Source: an uncultured Verrucomicrobiae bacterium
GTDB taxonomy: Bacteria > Verrucomicrobiota > Verrucomicrobiia > Limisphaerales > Palsa-1400
Direction of reading: 5' to 3'
NCBI GenBank assembly: GCA_963707025.1
Contig: CAVPOM010000007.1
Location: 352,001 to 416,000 of the forward strand
Length of the DNA: 64,000 bases
In this document: positions 40,633 through 52,061 of the stretch, in pieces
How the letters are laid out: every line of letters starts with the position of its first letter
Position numbering within the stretch: position 1 is the first letter of the stretch
Notes under the pieces: model-generated
The model's database searches: none
Told to the model about the DNA's origin: nothing
Seen by the model: only the letters and a program-made list of their open reading frames with translations
Made by a program: the position numbers and the translations under genes

Positions 40633-41424
40633 TTAAGTTCCACCGAAATCGCGGTAACGCTTCGCCATGCGTTTTAAGATCCTCTCCTTCTGCGTCAACC
40701 AACTCTTGGCATTGGTTAACGTCACTCCGTCCCAATTATCGTCATCTTTCCTCCACCAGAGATTGAGGAAGGTACGGCGCAAAGTCAGCCCACCGATCAA
40801 GCGGTTTTTGCATTTGTAGCGAACCTGAACTCCGTTCCCGGCTGGAACAGCTTCCATGTCCTGTCCAAGCTTCTTGATGTCGGAGTGGACTTTGGTACAT
40901 GTCGTTTTCACATCAGGAAGATTGACATACGCGAAAACACTATCAAGCGACGCGGGCGCTGAATACTCAGTTTCAGACTCAAATGGGACTTCTTTGCAGT
41001 ACAAACCTTTTTCACCGCTGTTCGTTGCAAGATAGGAGTATTCTCTAAGCGAAATGTCCGGCTTGAAGTGGCGTACCGCTCGTTTCAACCGTTCACTGAA
41101 ACTGGATGCTACGAGAATGACGCGAGGATCCTCCTCCGCGACAACTTTCGCCAATTTTTCATACTCCTTGGCCAAGCGGTCGCGATTGCTCGAAACATAA
41201 TCGTAGTATCCAATGCTTGTAATAACATCCCGTCGTCCTCGCCAACCTTTAGTTCGATCACGACGAGAACGCCGTCCCCGTCGGCTGCCAAGAACGTCAA
41301 TGTACTTTCCGTTCGCACGGCGTTGATGTGTCAAGCAGGTTAAGCCATCCTCAATTGATTCCGGCTCCTTGAGCACGAGCGATTCAAGCTCCCGTTCTTG
41401 GTCTATTTCGATTTTCTTGAACAT
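40633..41424 (-). CDS. NucS-like PD-(D/E)xK endonuclease (two compensating frameshifts ~41220-41290)
   Basis: ERELE...IDVL..D.DGVLVVIELK...QAL.Y reconstructed from two frames; lower GC. Confidence 0.7.
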   Translation of the reverse strand: MFKKIEIDQERELESLVLKEPESIEDGLTCLTHQRRANGKYIDVLGSRRGRRSRRDRTKGWRGRRDVITSIGYYDYVSSNRDRLAKEYEKLAKVVAEEDPRVILVASSFSERLKRAVRHFKPDISLREYSYLATNSGEKGLYCKEVPFESETEYSAPASLDSVFAYVNLPDVKTTCTKVHSDIKKLGQDMEAVPAGNGVQVRYKCKNRLIGGLTLRRTFLNLWWRKDDDNWDGVTLTNAKSWLTQKERILKRMAKRYRDFGGT

Positions 41425-41451
41425 AGTTGGTAGGTGTTGATCCTTATCTAT

Positions 41452-43694
41452 CTACGCCGGATAATCCAGCGCCTCGCGCGTCATCACTTTGGTCAGCGCT
41501 TCGGCGGCGCGGTCTTTGGCCAGCCGGCAGCCGGTGAGGCAGCCGTCCAGTTTGGCGCGGAGGCGGACGAACGTCTTCCAGGCCGGCAAATCTCACGCAC
41601 GGGCCGGCTTTGAGCGGATGCGCTTCGCCGGCTTTCGGACACGTCGGAATAGGCGCGGGCCGAGCCGTCAATGCCGGGAATGATGCCTTCGAGCGTTTCC
41701 AGTTCCTCGGCGCAGTAGCAGGCGTGGCAACTCGCTTCGTCCCAGGCCGGATGGCGGTTGTAGCCGTGAACGATTTCGGCGCAGATGCGGCCCGACTTCG
41801 CCCGCGGCCCGCGCCGCTTGCACATGGCAAAGGTCGGTGAAGAACGCCACCGTGCCGGCCAGTCCGTCGGCGAGCGCGGGATTTTCCGCGCCCTTGGTTT
41901 CCAGTTCGATCACGTCAAGGATGAATTGCCGCGCGGCCAGCAACCAGCAAAGCGCGTCGGCCAGCGGGAAGGTCACGCCCTGGCGCGATCTTGTGGTAAA
42001 GCTTGGCGCCGTCGGCATCGGTGGCGGTTTGAACATGGTTGAGCGTCCAAAGCCAGAGTTGCATGGCGGTGGCCAGCGTGCAGGCGCCGGTGCCGGGGCG
42101 GTCGGAGGCAATGCGCCTCATTTCGGCAATCCAATGCTGGAATTGCGCGAGGAACAGCTCGTTGGTCATGGTGATGGAAAGCTGCAATCGCTGCACCGCC
42201 TCCGGGCCTTCGTAGGTGGCTTCCAGTTGCGCGTCCATCCATTTCTGGCCGAGGAAACCGGGGCAATCCTCCGTGATGCCGTAGCCGCCCATGAGGCTGA
42301 CGGCTTCGCGCATCATGTTCGCGCCGTGGCCGGTGTTCCAAAGCTTGCACGCGGGGCACAGGACATTGGCCAGCGAATCGAGCATGGACGAATTGCACGA
42401 GCGGGTCGGCCTGCAATTCCTCTTCGCGCTTCTGATCGCGCTCGCCACCGGCTGGAGGTGATTTGCAACAGTTCCAGGGCTTCCTGCTGCTTCTTCGGCA
42501 ATTCCTTGAACGCGGCGCGGCCGGTCAATTTTTTCTCCGGCGAGCCATCGGTCCTTTTGCTTTTCCAGCGGATCCAGTTCGTCGAACAGCCGCGCGGCGG
42601 CAAAGCCCAGCGACGCGCTGGCCTCGCCGGTGGCCCAGATGTCCACCAGCCGGTGCAGCGCGTCCTCCTTTTGCTGGATGCCCAGTTCGTAACGCGGCGT
42701 GCCGGGCGCGCCTTCGCCGCCGCGAAACCGGCGGCGCTGATAAAGAATCACCGGCTCAACGGCGGAAAGCAGTTTGGCCGCGGTCATCAAGCCGACGGTC
42801 ACGCGCGTGCGGCGGAAGACCGCCTCGATGATTTCGCTGTGCGAATAGTTCGGGATGATGACGCCGTCCTTGATCGTGTAGCCGCCGACGATGCGGCTGG
42901 CGGGCACTTTCAGGTTGAAGACCGGATCGTTGGTCGAGGAAAGCTGGTGAACGAGTTTCTTTGTCGGCGTGCCGCGGTCCCATATGCCCGGATCGCCTTC
43001 CTCCAAAATCACCATGCAACTGCCCTTGAGCCTGGGGTCGTCGGAATCCACGGCGGCGGTGACGACGTTGGCAAAACCCATGTTGGTGATGAAGCGGCCG
43101 CGTTTGTCCACTTGCAGCAGCGGTTCCCGTCCGTCCTTCCATTCGGCGATGCGCACTTTGCCGGCCAACATGCCGGTCTCGACGCCGACAAACGGAATCG
43201 GTTCGGTCAGCGCAAACGCGGCGCGAACCTGTTTGCGGCTTTCTCCGGGCTTGAGCGGAGCGGCGTCGGCGACGTATTTGGCGCGTTGCTCCGGCGTGCC
43301 GCGCTCGTGAATCGGGGCCAGGCCGAGATTGCCCGCCAGACTGCCCGTGGCCGCGCCCGCGTCCACCCAGGCCAATTCAAAGGCGATCAGCGCCAGCGCC
43401 AGATTCTTTGGCCCGGCGATGAACCCGCCCTGTTCCGGATCCAGGAAGGCGGCGGTGATGCCGCTCTCGTCGAAGTGCGGGCAGCAGACTGGCTTTGGCC
43501 GGCGTCCACTCGTGCGAATTGCGGCCGCCGTTGGCGACGAGCCGGGCGACCGGCCCGCGCGCCACGCCGCGCGCGCCTTGCACAAGCATGTGCAGTTCGT
43601 AGCGGTCGGCAAAGCGCCACATGATCTGGCGCAGGTCGTCGGAGGGCAGCGTGGTCAGCCCCGGTGACAGTTTTTCTTCAGCTATGGCACTCAT
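41452..43694 (-). CDS. Acyl-CoA dehydrogenase family protein (several frameshifts)
   Basis: AFALTEP, FITN, MGGYGITED, ATYEGPEAVQR. Confidence 0.85.
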
Positions 43695-43929
43695 ATTCTT
43701 TATCAGAGGTTTTCGCCCGGCAAGTTCTTCCATCGGCCTCCGGGCGGATAGGTTCGGCGAGCCAGCCGTGAGAATCAATCTTATTTCGCCGCGCGCCCCT
43801 CATTTTGCTTCCTGGAACGTTCCGGCAAAGCTCTGGCTTGACCCGCCTCGGGCCAGGGGCCATTTTTGACGGCATGAAACGTGCGACTGATTGCGGACGG
43901 CGGATTGGGTAATCCTCAGCCACCACCCC

Positions 43930-44727
43930 ATGATCCATCCCACCGCCATCGTCCACCCCAGGGCCCAATTGGATGCCAGCGTGGAGGTCGGCCCGTACGC
44001 GGTGATTGACGGGGATGTCGCCATTGGCCCGGAGTGCCGCCTCGGGCCCTACGTGTATCTCACCGGCCACACCACCATTGGCAGGGGGAACCGCTTTTAC
44101 GCCGGGTGCGTCATCGGCGAGGCGCCCCAGGACGTAAAGTACAAGGACCAGCCGGCCCGGCTGGAAATCGGCGCCCATAATCTTTTCCGGGAAGGATTCA
44201 CGGCGCACCGTTCCGCCAAAGAAGGGGAAGCCACCGTCATCGGCTCGCACAATTTTCTCATGGTCAACTCGCATGTGGCCCACAACGTGCGCCTGGGCGA
44301 CCACGTCATCCTGGCCAACGGCGCGCTTCTGGCGGGACATGTCGAGGTGGCCGACCGCGCCTTTATTTCCGGCAATTGCATGGTGCATCAGTTCACGCGC
44401 GTCGGCACGCTGGCCCTGATGCAAGGCGGGGCCAGCATCAGCAAGGACCTGCCGCCCTTTACCATCGCGCACGGGGTCAACCGGCTGGGCGGCTTGAACA
44501 TCATCGGGCTGCGCCGGGCCGGCTTCACCGCTGCGGAGCGCCTGGAGCTGAAAAAACTTTATCATCAACTGTTGCGCCGGCGCGGCAATTTCTCCGACGC
44601 CCTGGCCGACGCCCGGAAGAATTTCTCCAGCGCGCCCGCCCGGACGCTGCTCGATTTTGCCGCTTCCTCCCAACGGGGGCTTTGCCTGGATTTGGGCGGG
44701 CGGGAAAGCGAGGCGGAGATTGACTAA
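43930..44727 (+). CDS. lpxA: Acyl-ACP-UDP-GlcNAc O-acyltransferase
   Basis: IHPTAIV hexapeptide repeats, PQD.KY, HVAHN, VHQFTRVG, LNIIGLRRAG. Confidence 0.92.
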   Translation: MIHPTAIVHPRAQLDASVEVGPYAVIDGDVAIGPECRLGPYVYLTGHTTIGRGNRFYAGCVIGEAPQDVKYKDQPARLEIGAHNLFREGFTAHRSAKEGEATVIGSHNFLMVNSHVAHNVRLGDHVILANGALLAGHVEVADRAFISGNCMVHQFTRVGTLALMQGGASISKDLPPFTIAHGVNRLGGLNIIGLRRAGFTAAERLELKKLYHQLLRRRGNFSDALADARKNFSSAPARTLLDFAASSQRGLCLDLGGRESEAEID

Positions 44728-44787
44728 CGCCGCCCGCCCGGTGCAATTTCTACCGCACAAACAATAACCTTTAAAACTAACGACGTT

Positions 44788-45861
44788 ATGGCCCCAAAAA
44801 CGGAAAAACCCGCCGACAAAACCGCCGACAAAGCTGCCGAATCCAAGATTTCCGCCGGCCGGCAGCGCGATCTGGACGCGGCCATTTCCACCATCACCAA
44901 GACTTACGGCGACGGCAGCATCATGCGCCTGGGCGATGCCCGGGCCAAGGTGGGCATCGGCTTCATTCCCACCGGCGCGCTCTCGGTGGACCTGGCGCTG
45001 GGGGTGGGCGGAGTGCCGCGCGGGCGGGTGGTGGAGATTTTCGGGCCGGAATCGTCGGGCAAAACCACCCTCATGCTCCACGTCATCGCCAATGCCCAGA
45101 AGGCCGGCGGCCTGGCGGCGTTCATTGACGCCGAGCACGCCCTGGACCCGGCCTACGCCAAAAAACTCGGCGTCAACCTGGACGAACTGCTCGTGTCCCA
45201 GCCCGACAGCGGGGAGGAAGCCCTGAGCATTTGCGAAACCCTGGCCCGCTCCAACGCGCTCGATGTCATTGTGATTGACTCGGTGGCCGCCCTGGTGCCC
45301 AAGGCGGAACTGGAAGGGGAAATGGGCATGGCGACGATGGGCATGCAGGCGCGCCTCATGAGCCAGGCCCTGCGCAAGCTGACCGCCGTGCTGGCCAAAT
45401 CCAAGACGACCTGCGTCTTCACCAACCAATTGCGCGAGAAAGTCGGCATCATGTTCGGCAATCCGGAAACCACGCCCGGCGGCAAGGCCCTGAAATTCTA
45501 CGCGAGCATTCGCATTGACATCCGCCGGCGCGACACCCTCAAGGACGCCGCCGGCGTGGCCATCGGCAACGCCGTCAAGGTGAAGGTTGTCAAGAACAAG
45601 GTAGCGCCGCCCTTTGCCGAGGCCGAGTTTGAGATCATCTACAATCACGGCATCAACAAGGAAGGCAGCATCATAGACGTGGGGCTGACTCACGGCGTGG
45701 TCGAGAAAAAGGGCGCCTGGCTGCAGTTCAACGGCGAGCTGATCGGCCAGGGCAAGGACGCCGCCCGCCAGGCTTTGGTGGACAAGCCCGAACTGGCCCA
45801 GAAAATAGTGGACGCCGTGATGGCCAAGCGCAACGCCCCGCCGCCGGCGGCGGCGGAGTGA
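44788..45861 (+). CDS. recA: Recombinase A
   Basis: [49 protein letters not shown]. Confidence 0.99.
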   Translation: MAPKTEKPADKTADKAAESKISAGRQRDLDAAISTITKTYGDGSIMRLGDARAKVGIGFIPTGALSVDLALGVGGVPRGRVVEIFGPESSGKTTLMLHVIANAQKAGGLAAFIDAEHALDPAYAKKLGVNLDELLVSQPDSGEEALSICETLARSNALDVIVIDSVAALVPKAELEGEMGMATMGMQARLMSQALRKLTAVLAKSKTTCVFTNQLREKVGIMFGNPETTPGGKALKFYASIRIDIRRRDTLKDAAGVAIGNAVKVKVVKNKVAPPFAEAEFEIIYNHGINKEGSIIDVGLTHGVVEKKGAWLQFNGELIGQGKDAARQALVDKPELAQKIVDAVMAKRNAPPPAAAE

Positions 45862-45873
45862 CGGTTTGCGAGG

Positions 45874-46185
45874 ATGGACACATTGCTTCGCATTCTTCCG
45901 TTCGCAGCAGCAGAGTCCTTGCTGATTTGGGGCATCTGGCGACTTCGGTTGGTTGCTTTTATTGGTTCGTTCCTCGCCCTCCTGCTGGCCATCCTTTATG
46001 CGGTCGAGAGTGAAGGCTCGTCAGAAGTGTTCGGCCTCATCGGAATTTGTGTCATCGTGTTTGGCCTCACCTGTACTTTTCTCGCTGAGAGAGTCGGCAA
46101 AGCAGCATTCATTTCTCGGACTGGCTTGCTCGCGATTGGAGCCTTATTGCTTTTTCTCGGCACTTCCAGCTTGTTTATTTTGTAG
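45874..46185 (+). CDS. Small hypothetical membrane protein, lower GC
   Basis: About 4 hydrophobic segments. Confidence 0.55.
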   Translation: MDTLLRILPFAAAESLLIWGIWRLRLVAFIGSFLALLLAILYAVESEGSSEVFGLIGICVIVFGLTCTFLAERVGKAAFISRTGLLAIGALLLFLGTSSLFIL

Positions 46186-46190
46186 GCAGG

Positions 46191-46613
46191 TCAGTCTTCG
46201 CAATACTCCTCGGTCATCTGTTCTCCGCCGTGGGCGGGGTTGCCCACCAATTTTTGGCCGCGCGAGTCCACTACGAAATCAAGCACCTCCAAGGGCACCT
46301 GTCCGATAAGATTGGGCACCTCCTCCGGCACTTCCACCACATCGAAGTTCTCGTGCCGCCCCATCAGTTCAAGCCGAACCGGCTCGTATTTGTAGCGGAT
46401 GACGTTGCCGTTGGACGTGCGTGAGAGCAATCTATCGGTCCGTTCCAAGCCCAGCTTCCTGATGACCGTGGGCTTGAGATAAAGCCTGGTTGCGCCCGTG
46501 TCCACCAGCGCCTCGACTTCAACTTCGCGGGGCTTGGCCTTGCGGGCGCCGGCTGTTTTGAGAAAAGTGTCCTTCAGATTGGTGAGTTTGATCTTGACGA
46601 TGACTTTGCCCAT
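46191..46613 (-). CDS. Clan AA (retropepsin-like) aspartic protease
   Basis: ALVDTGAT, LIGQVPLEVLD. Confidence 0.85.
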   Translation of the reverse strand: MGKVIVKIKLTNLKDTFLKTAGARKAKPREVEVEALVDTGATRLYLKPTVIRKLGLERTDRLLSRTSNGNVIRYKYEPVRLELMGRHENFDVVEVPEEVPNLIGQVPLEVLDFVVDSRGQKLVGNPAHGGEQMTEEYCED

Positions 46614-46702
46614 GTCCAAAACCTCGCAGATATTTAGCCAGGGGTCAATGCTGCAATGGCGTTCTGCTTGCGCGGAAGGCCCCGGCAGCACATGTTGATC
46701 TC

Positions 46703-46906
46703 ATGCTGCTGGATGAACAGCCCGGTTCGGAACAAATGAATGTCCTTCGCACCCTGTCCGGCCAGGAACGGTGGCGGGTGGCGGAGCGCCTTTATTGGTC
46801 GGCGCGCAAAATGAAGGCTGCCGGACTTCGCGCCCAACATCCCGGCTGGCCGGAGACGCGGGTTGAGGCCGAGGTCCGGCGCATTTTCTCAAGTGGCCGA
46901 AGTTGA
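46703..46906 (+). CDS. Small protein of the kind paired with nucleotidyltransferase-like genes; partner truncated (VAEVDLILLFVRPL...*)
   Basis: ERW..A..L...AR..K..GLRAQHP.W; overlapping downstream GTG ORF stops after ~20 codons. Confidence 0.55.
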   Translation: MLLDEQPGSEQMNVLRTLSGQERWRVAERLYWSARKMKAAGLRAQHPGWPETRVEAEVRRIFSSGRS

Positions 46907-47111
46907 TCTCATCCTGTTGTTCGTGCGCCCGCTCCAGCAACCGGGCTTCGGTTAAGCGGTCTCCATTCAAGGTGCCGGAAGAATTTCAACGCAAAGGCGC
47001 AAAGGCGCAAAGAAGAGACAAAATCTTGGCGTCTTTGCGTCTTTGCGCCTTTGCGTTTAATTCTTCATTTTGCATTTTGCACTGCCCCCGATCTCCGTCT
47101 GCGTCTTTGCG

Positions 47112-50100
47112 TTAATCCTCCGCGAAGAGGTATTCCAAGTCGGCGGGGGTGAGGTTGGTGGCGAAGCCCCGCTCGCCCAGCACGTCGGCGATGGTCTGGG
47201 CCTTGCGCTGCTGCAGTTCCCAGATTTTTTCCTCCACCGTGCCGGGGGCGATGAGGCGGAAGGCGTTGACGGTGCGAAGCTGGCCGATGCGGTGGGAACG
47301 GTCAATGGCCTGGGCCTCGACCGCCGGGTTCCACCAGGGATCGTAGAGCACCACGTTGCTGGCGGTGGTCAGGTTCAGGCCCGTCCCGGCGGCGCGCAGG
47401 CTGAGGAGAAACAGACAGGCGGCGGAATCGTTCTGAAAGGCCTCGGTGACTTGCTGGCGGTCCTTGGTTTCGCCGGTCAGGATATGGGTGCGGATTTGCC
47501 GGGCGGCGCAATCGGATTCCAGGATGCGCAGCATCCGCACGAATTGGCTGAAGACCAGGACCTTCTGGTTGCCGGCCAGCAACGGCTCCAGCAATTCAAA
47601 GAGGGTCTCGGTTTTGCCGGAGGGGGAATCATTGTTGACAAGCTGGGGATGGCAGCAAATCTGGCGCAGCCGAGTGAGGGCGGCCAAAACGTGGATGGTG
47701 CTCCGGTTCAACCCGCGCTCGGCCACGGTGCTCATGACCTGCTCCCGGCTGCGGCGCAGTTCGGCCAGGTAGAGTTTGCGCTGGGCCTCGCCCAGTTCGC
47801 AGTCGCGGCGCTGCTCGATGCGGTCGGGCAGGTCGTCGGCCACTTCCACCTTGAGGCGGCGGAGCAGGAGCGGGCGCAGTTTGGAGGAGAGGCGGCGGCG
47901 GGCGATGCGCTGTTCGTCGGCGGCATTTTCGCCGCGCGGCTCGTATTTTTCCCGGAACTTTTGCTGGCTGCCCAGATAGGCGGGCTGGACAAAATCCACG
48001 ATGCTCCACAGATCCAGCAGGCGGTTTTCCAGCGGCGTGCCGGTCAGGGCCAGGCGCTGGCCGGCGCGCAATTGTTTGACGGACTGGGTGATTTGGGCGT
48101 CGGGGTTCTTGATAAACTGGGCCTCGTCCAAAATGACGGCGCGGAAGGCGAATTTTTGCAGGGCCTCCAGATCGCGGCGGAGCAGGGCGTAATTGGTCAC
48201 GATCAAATCGAAGGCGGGAATTTGCTTGCGCAGGTTGTGGCGGGCCGCGCCGCTTTCCAGCACCAGCACTTTGAGGGCGGGGGTGAAGCGGTTGGCTTCG
48301 CGCCGCCAGTTGTGCAGGACGGACGCCGGGCAGATGACCAGGGCGGGCTTTTGCTGCCCGGTGCTGGCGCGCATCCAGGCCAGCCAGACCAGGGTTTGCA
48401 GGGTTTTGCCCAGGCCCATGTCGTCGGCCAGAATTCCGCCCAACTGGTGGCGGGTCAGATGACAGAGGAAATCGAAGCCCGCCCGCTGGTAGGGACGCAA
48501 TTCCGCAAAAATGCCCTCCGGCAGCGGCGTGGCGGGAATGCCGCGAAATTCGGCCAGGCTTTGCCGCAGCATTTTGGCCTGGGGCGTGTCGCCGAAGGTT
48601 TGCAGGCCGGCTTCGTCCAAATGCGCGGCTTGCGCCAGGCTCAGACGCTGGGGAACGGGGATCAGCCCCTCCACGCCCAGGCCGGCCATCGCTTCGTGGG
48701 CGGATTGAACCGCCGCGGCGTCCAGCTCCAGCCAGCCGGCGTCGGGCAGTTTGATGAAGCGGCCGGTGGCGGATTGGAGGCGCTGCAAATCGGCGGGGGT
48801 CAGTTTAATCCCCTCGGCTTCCCATTCCGCGGAAACGGCAAACCAATCAATGCCGCTGCCTTTGACCAGGAGGCGGGGGCGCAAAGGGCGGGAGGCGAGG
48901 AAGAGCCGGTGAAAGGCGGCGTTGCCCAGGTATTCGGCCTCGGCCGGCCGGTCCGGCCAGGCGGCGGCCAGGGAGGCAAGGAAGTTCTCATTGGCATCGC
49001 CGTGCCAGAGGCCGGGCTCGGGAGTGAACCAGTCCAGGCGGCGCAACCACTGCACGGCGCTGTCCAGCCGGGGGTCGTCCAGGATGGTGGGCCGGGGGTC
49101 GGGCGGGGAGGGCGGGTCGTCCGCGCGCCATTCGCTGTTGTTCCAATGCCAGAGGCGCTGGTCGGTCTCGCTTTTGGCCAGGAGCCGGACGCGCACGACA
49201 TCTTCGGCCAATTCGAAGGTAAAGCGCGGGAGGGCTTTTTGCACCTCGCACAATTGTTCCCAGGCCGGGCCGTTGGCCGACTGGGTTTTGCGCAGTTGGG
49301 TGAGGAGGCGGCGGCTGAGTTTGTGAACGGGCAGGGCCTGTTGTTGGGCCCAGGCATTGAGCAGGTCGTCCGGCGGGGCGCTGCGCAGCAAATAAAAAGT
49401 GTTTTCCACCAGCGCCAGGCAAGGCCGCCCGGCAAAGAATTTGACCTCGCCCAAGGAATGAAACCGGCCGGAAGGGAGGGCCAAATGATGCGTGAAAAAA
49501 AGATGGCCTTTCACATCTTCCAGGCGCGGCTTTAACTCGGCCAAAGCGCCGTGAAAGACGGCGGGCTGGCCGGCCGGGCCGAGGAGGAGCCGGGGTTTGT
49601 CGCCCCATTGCACCAGCCATTGCAGCAATTCCAGGCCGGTCAAGACCATGGAGTGCCAGAGGCCCTCGGGGTCGGCATGGCTTTCCGCCAGCCACTGGAT
49701 GAATTCCCAATCGGCGAAGGAAAACAGTTCCTGTTCGTGGGTGGCGCGGTTGGTCAGGTCCACCACTTCGCCCAGGGTTTTCACCTTTTCCCCCGTGCGC
49801 TGGCGGAAGATGTGAAAGGAGACGGTCAAGCCATGCAGGGCGGAGTCTTCCGCCACCGGGCTGGCCTGGCAGGCCACGCGCATGGCGGCGCGCGGGGAAT
49901 CCAGATGGGTGGGCGCGCTGGGAAAGAGCCAGTGTTCCAGGCGCTGCACCAGGCGCTGCTCTTTTTCCGTTTGCTCGATTTCAGCAAAACGGGCGGGGTT
50001 GGCGTGCGTGAGCAACTCGGTGGGGAGCGGACGGCTGGCGCGGAGGAAGAGGATGGCGGTTTCTTCCAGCCGCTTTTTGCCCCGGGCGGAGAGCACGCGC

Positions 50101-50374
50101 GGCCACCAATCGTGGCTGGCGAAATCTTTGCGCGACAGGGAAAGCTTTTCAAAGTAATCCTCCAGCAGCAGCCAGGCGCGCTGCGGGTCGTTGCACTCGG
50201 CGAAGATGTTGAGGATTTCGGTGCGCTCGGCGATGGCCGCCTTGGAGTCGGACAATTCGCGGCGCAGCCCGGCCTGGGCGCCGTAGGTTTTGGCCAGCAC
50301 CGTGTGATGGGCGTCGTACTGGTCGTGTTGCCCGATCCGCCGCCGGCCAACCTTTTTCGCGAATTCTTGAACAT
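47112..50374 (-). CDS. SNF2/DEAD-like helicase (5' frameshift in the A-run near 50355)
   Basis: LADDMGLGKT, DEAQ, LTGTPLEN, WWNPAVEAQAIDRSHRIGQ. Confidence 0.93.
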
Positions 50375-50726
50375 GCTGTGCGGCCCGTTAAGGCTGCGTT
50401 TAAACACGCGTCGTTCATCTCGACACAACTTGGCGCTTTCGTCAATGGAAAACCGGTGGTTTTTGGCCCCGCCGCCCTTCGCACCGGGCATTAAGGGCGA
50501 TTACGTGAAAAGGACGGCCATGGTTTTGGGCCGCGCATGGCACGAATTCCCGCGAATCCCGAACCAAAAAATCCTTCTGTGAAACCAGATGCAAACGCCG
50601 GTTGGTGCGGCGACGCGGCTGAGAATTACGGCGGGTTGGCGCCGGCCGTTTTCACAGGGGCGGGCGGCGGGCCTTTGATGCAGCGGCAGGCGAATTTGAA
50701 AAAGGCGGGCCAGGATGAAGCTGTTT

Positions 50727-51110
50727 TCATTGCACGAGCCGGATCGTCAGCGGATAACGGTAGCACCCGCCATCCGAGGCTTTTATCGTCGCCACAATGG
50801 CAAAAATAAACAGGCCAAGCACCAGGATTGCGTGCAAGACAATGCCGATGAAAATAAAGTACAGAGGGAGGCAGCAAAGCCCATAGAGCAGGAAAGAAAG
50901 GTGAAAATTCAACGCCTCCCTGGCATTGGCCGCCACATATTCCGACTCATCCTTCATCGCCAGATAGACCACCAACGGCACCAGGATGAAACCGATGACC
51001 AGAAAAACGGAGAGATGGCTGAACATGCTCCAGATTTTGTCGTTGCCCCTGGCGGCAGAGCCGGGTTGGGATTGGGGTGGAAGGCTGATGGGTGGAGGCG
51101 GCGTTTCCAT
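50727..51110 (-). CDS. DUF4870 membrane protein
   Basis: W.MFSHLS..PLVVYL..AREALNFHLS..YRYPLTIRLV. Confidence 0.85.
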   Translation of the reverse strand: METPPPPISLPPQSQPGSAARGNDKIWSMFSHLSVFLVIGFILVPLVVYLAMKDESEYVAANAREALNFHLSFLLYGLCCLPLYFIFIGIVLHAILVLGLFIFAIVATIKASDGGCYRYPLTIRLVQ

Positions 51111-51123
51111 ATCTTCGGCCGGG

Positions 51124-51849
51124 TCATTTCAGGACGGCGTTCGGGCCGTTTTTGAAGTTGTCGGATATTTGGGCGGCGCTCAGGGCGGCGTTGTAAATTC
51201 GGAATTCGTCAATGGAACCGTTCAGCCCGGGGTCGGTGTTGAAGAGGGAATGGCCCAGGTAGAAGCGGTTGGTGGCGACGCTTCCCAGGGAGGTGAGGTT
51301 GTTGGTGAAGACAGCCAGGCTGCCGTTGGTGTAAATTCCCATAAAGCCGGAGGGGGGATCCAGAACGCAGGCGACGTGCAGATTGGTCTGGTTGTCCAGA
51401 TTGCCGCGCACGCGGATGACACGCTCGGTTGGATTGGGGTCCATCACGGTGAGGCGAAAATCCCCGGCTCCGCTGTGGGGTGAGAAATAGAGATCAAGCC
51501 GGCCGTTGTTGACGGGGGTTTCGGTGCCCTGATCGAAGACGCGGCACCAACCGCGGTTGGCGCCCAGGCTGGCCCAGAATTCAAAGGTCACCGCCTTGTC
51601 GCCGGCGATCAGGCCGCCCGGCAGGTTGACGTAAGTTCCACGAGTTCCGTCGAGGTGGACCTGGCCGTCGCTGATGGTGGCTGCGCCTTGCAGGGTGCCG
51701 TCGGCGTGGCCCACCGAATCCCTGGCGTCGCCATTGAAACTGTAGCGATGTTGCAGCGCCGCGCCCGGCGAGGCCGGCGGCTGGGCGATCACCGCCGCCG
51801 GAAGAGCAGCCACGCAAAAACCGGCAAGGAAGCGAGTCAAACGATTCAT
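51124..51849 (-). CDS. Secreted LamG-like jellyroll protein
   Basis: HRYSFNG..DSVG, GSIDEFRIYNAALS. Confidence 0.85.
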   Translation of the reverse strand: MNRLTRFLAGFCVAALPAAVIAQPPASPGAALQHRYSFNGDARDSVGHADGTLQGAATISDGQVHLDGTRGTYVNLPGGLIAGDKAVTFEFWASLGANRGWCRVFDQGTETPVNNGRLDLYFSPHSGAGDFRLTVMDPNPTERVIRVRGNLDNQTNLHVACVLDPPSGFMGIYTNGSLAVFTNNLTSLGSVATNRFYLGHSLFNTDPGLNGSIDEFRIYNAALSAAQISDNFKNGPNAVLK

Positions 51850-51940
51850 ATCAGATAAAGGTGGTTGACATCGGGCCGAGGATGAAACGGCGGAGCGGAA
51901 AAGTCAATCACACGCCGAAAGCAATGCGTCCGTCACGGTT

Positions 51941-51978
51941 GGTAGGGCGGGTCCCGAATTATCGGGACCCGCCCTGCC
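51941..51978. repeat. GTAG-type REP-like hairpin
   Basis: GGTAGGGCGGGTCCCGA-ATTA-TCGGGACCCGCCCTGCC. Confidence 0.65.
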
Positions 51979-52061
51979 TTTCACGCCCACCCATGACTGA
52001 GGCGTCACATTCTTTGAAAATCTGCTAAAGAATGTCCGCCTTGCCTTTTGGCGGGCATGCG

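Noticed and set aside
46191..46215. Protease C-terminus (EEYCED*) as a relic of the SNF2 3' end (EYLFAED*)
   Set aside because: Similarity too short to distinguish from chance
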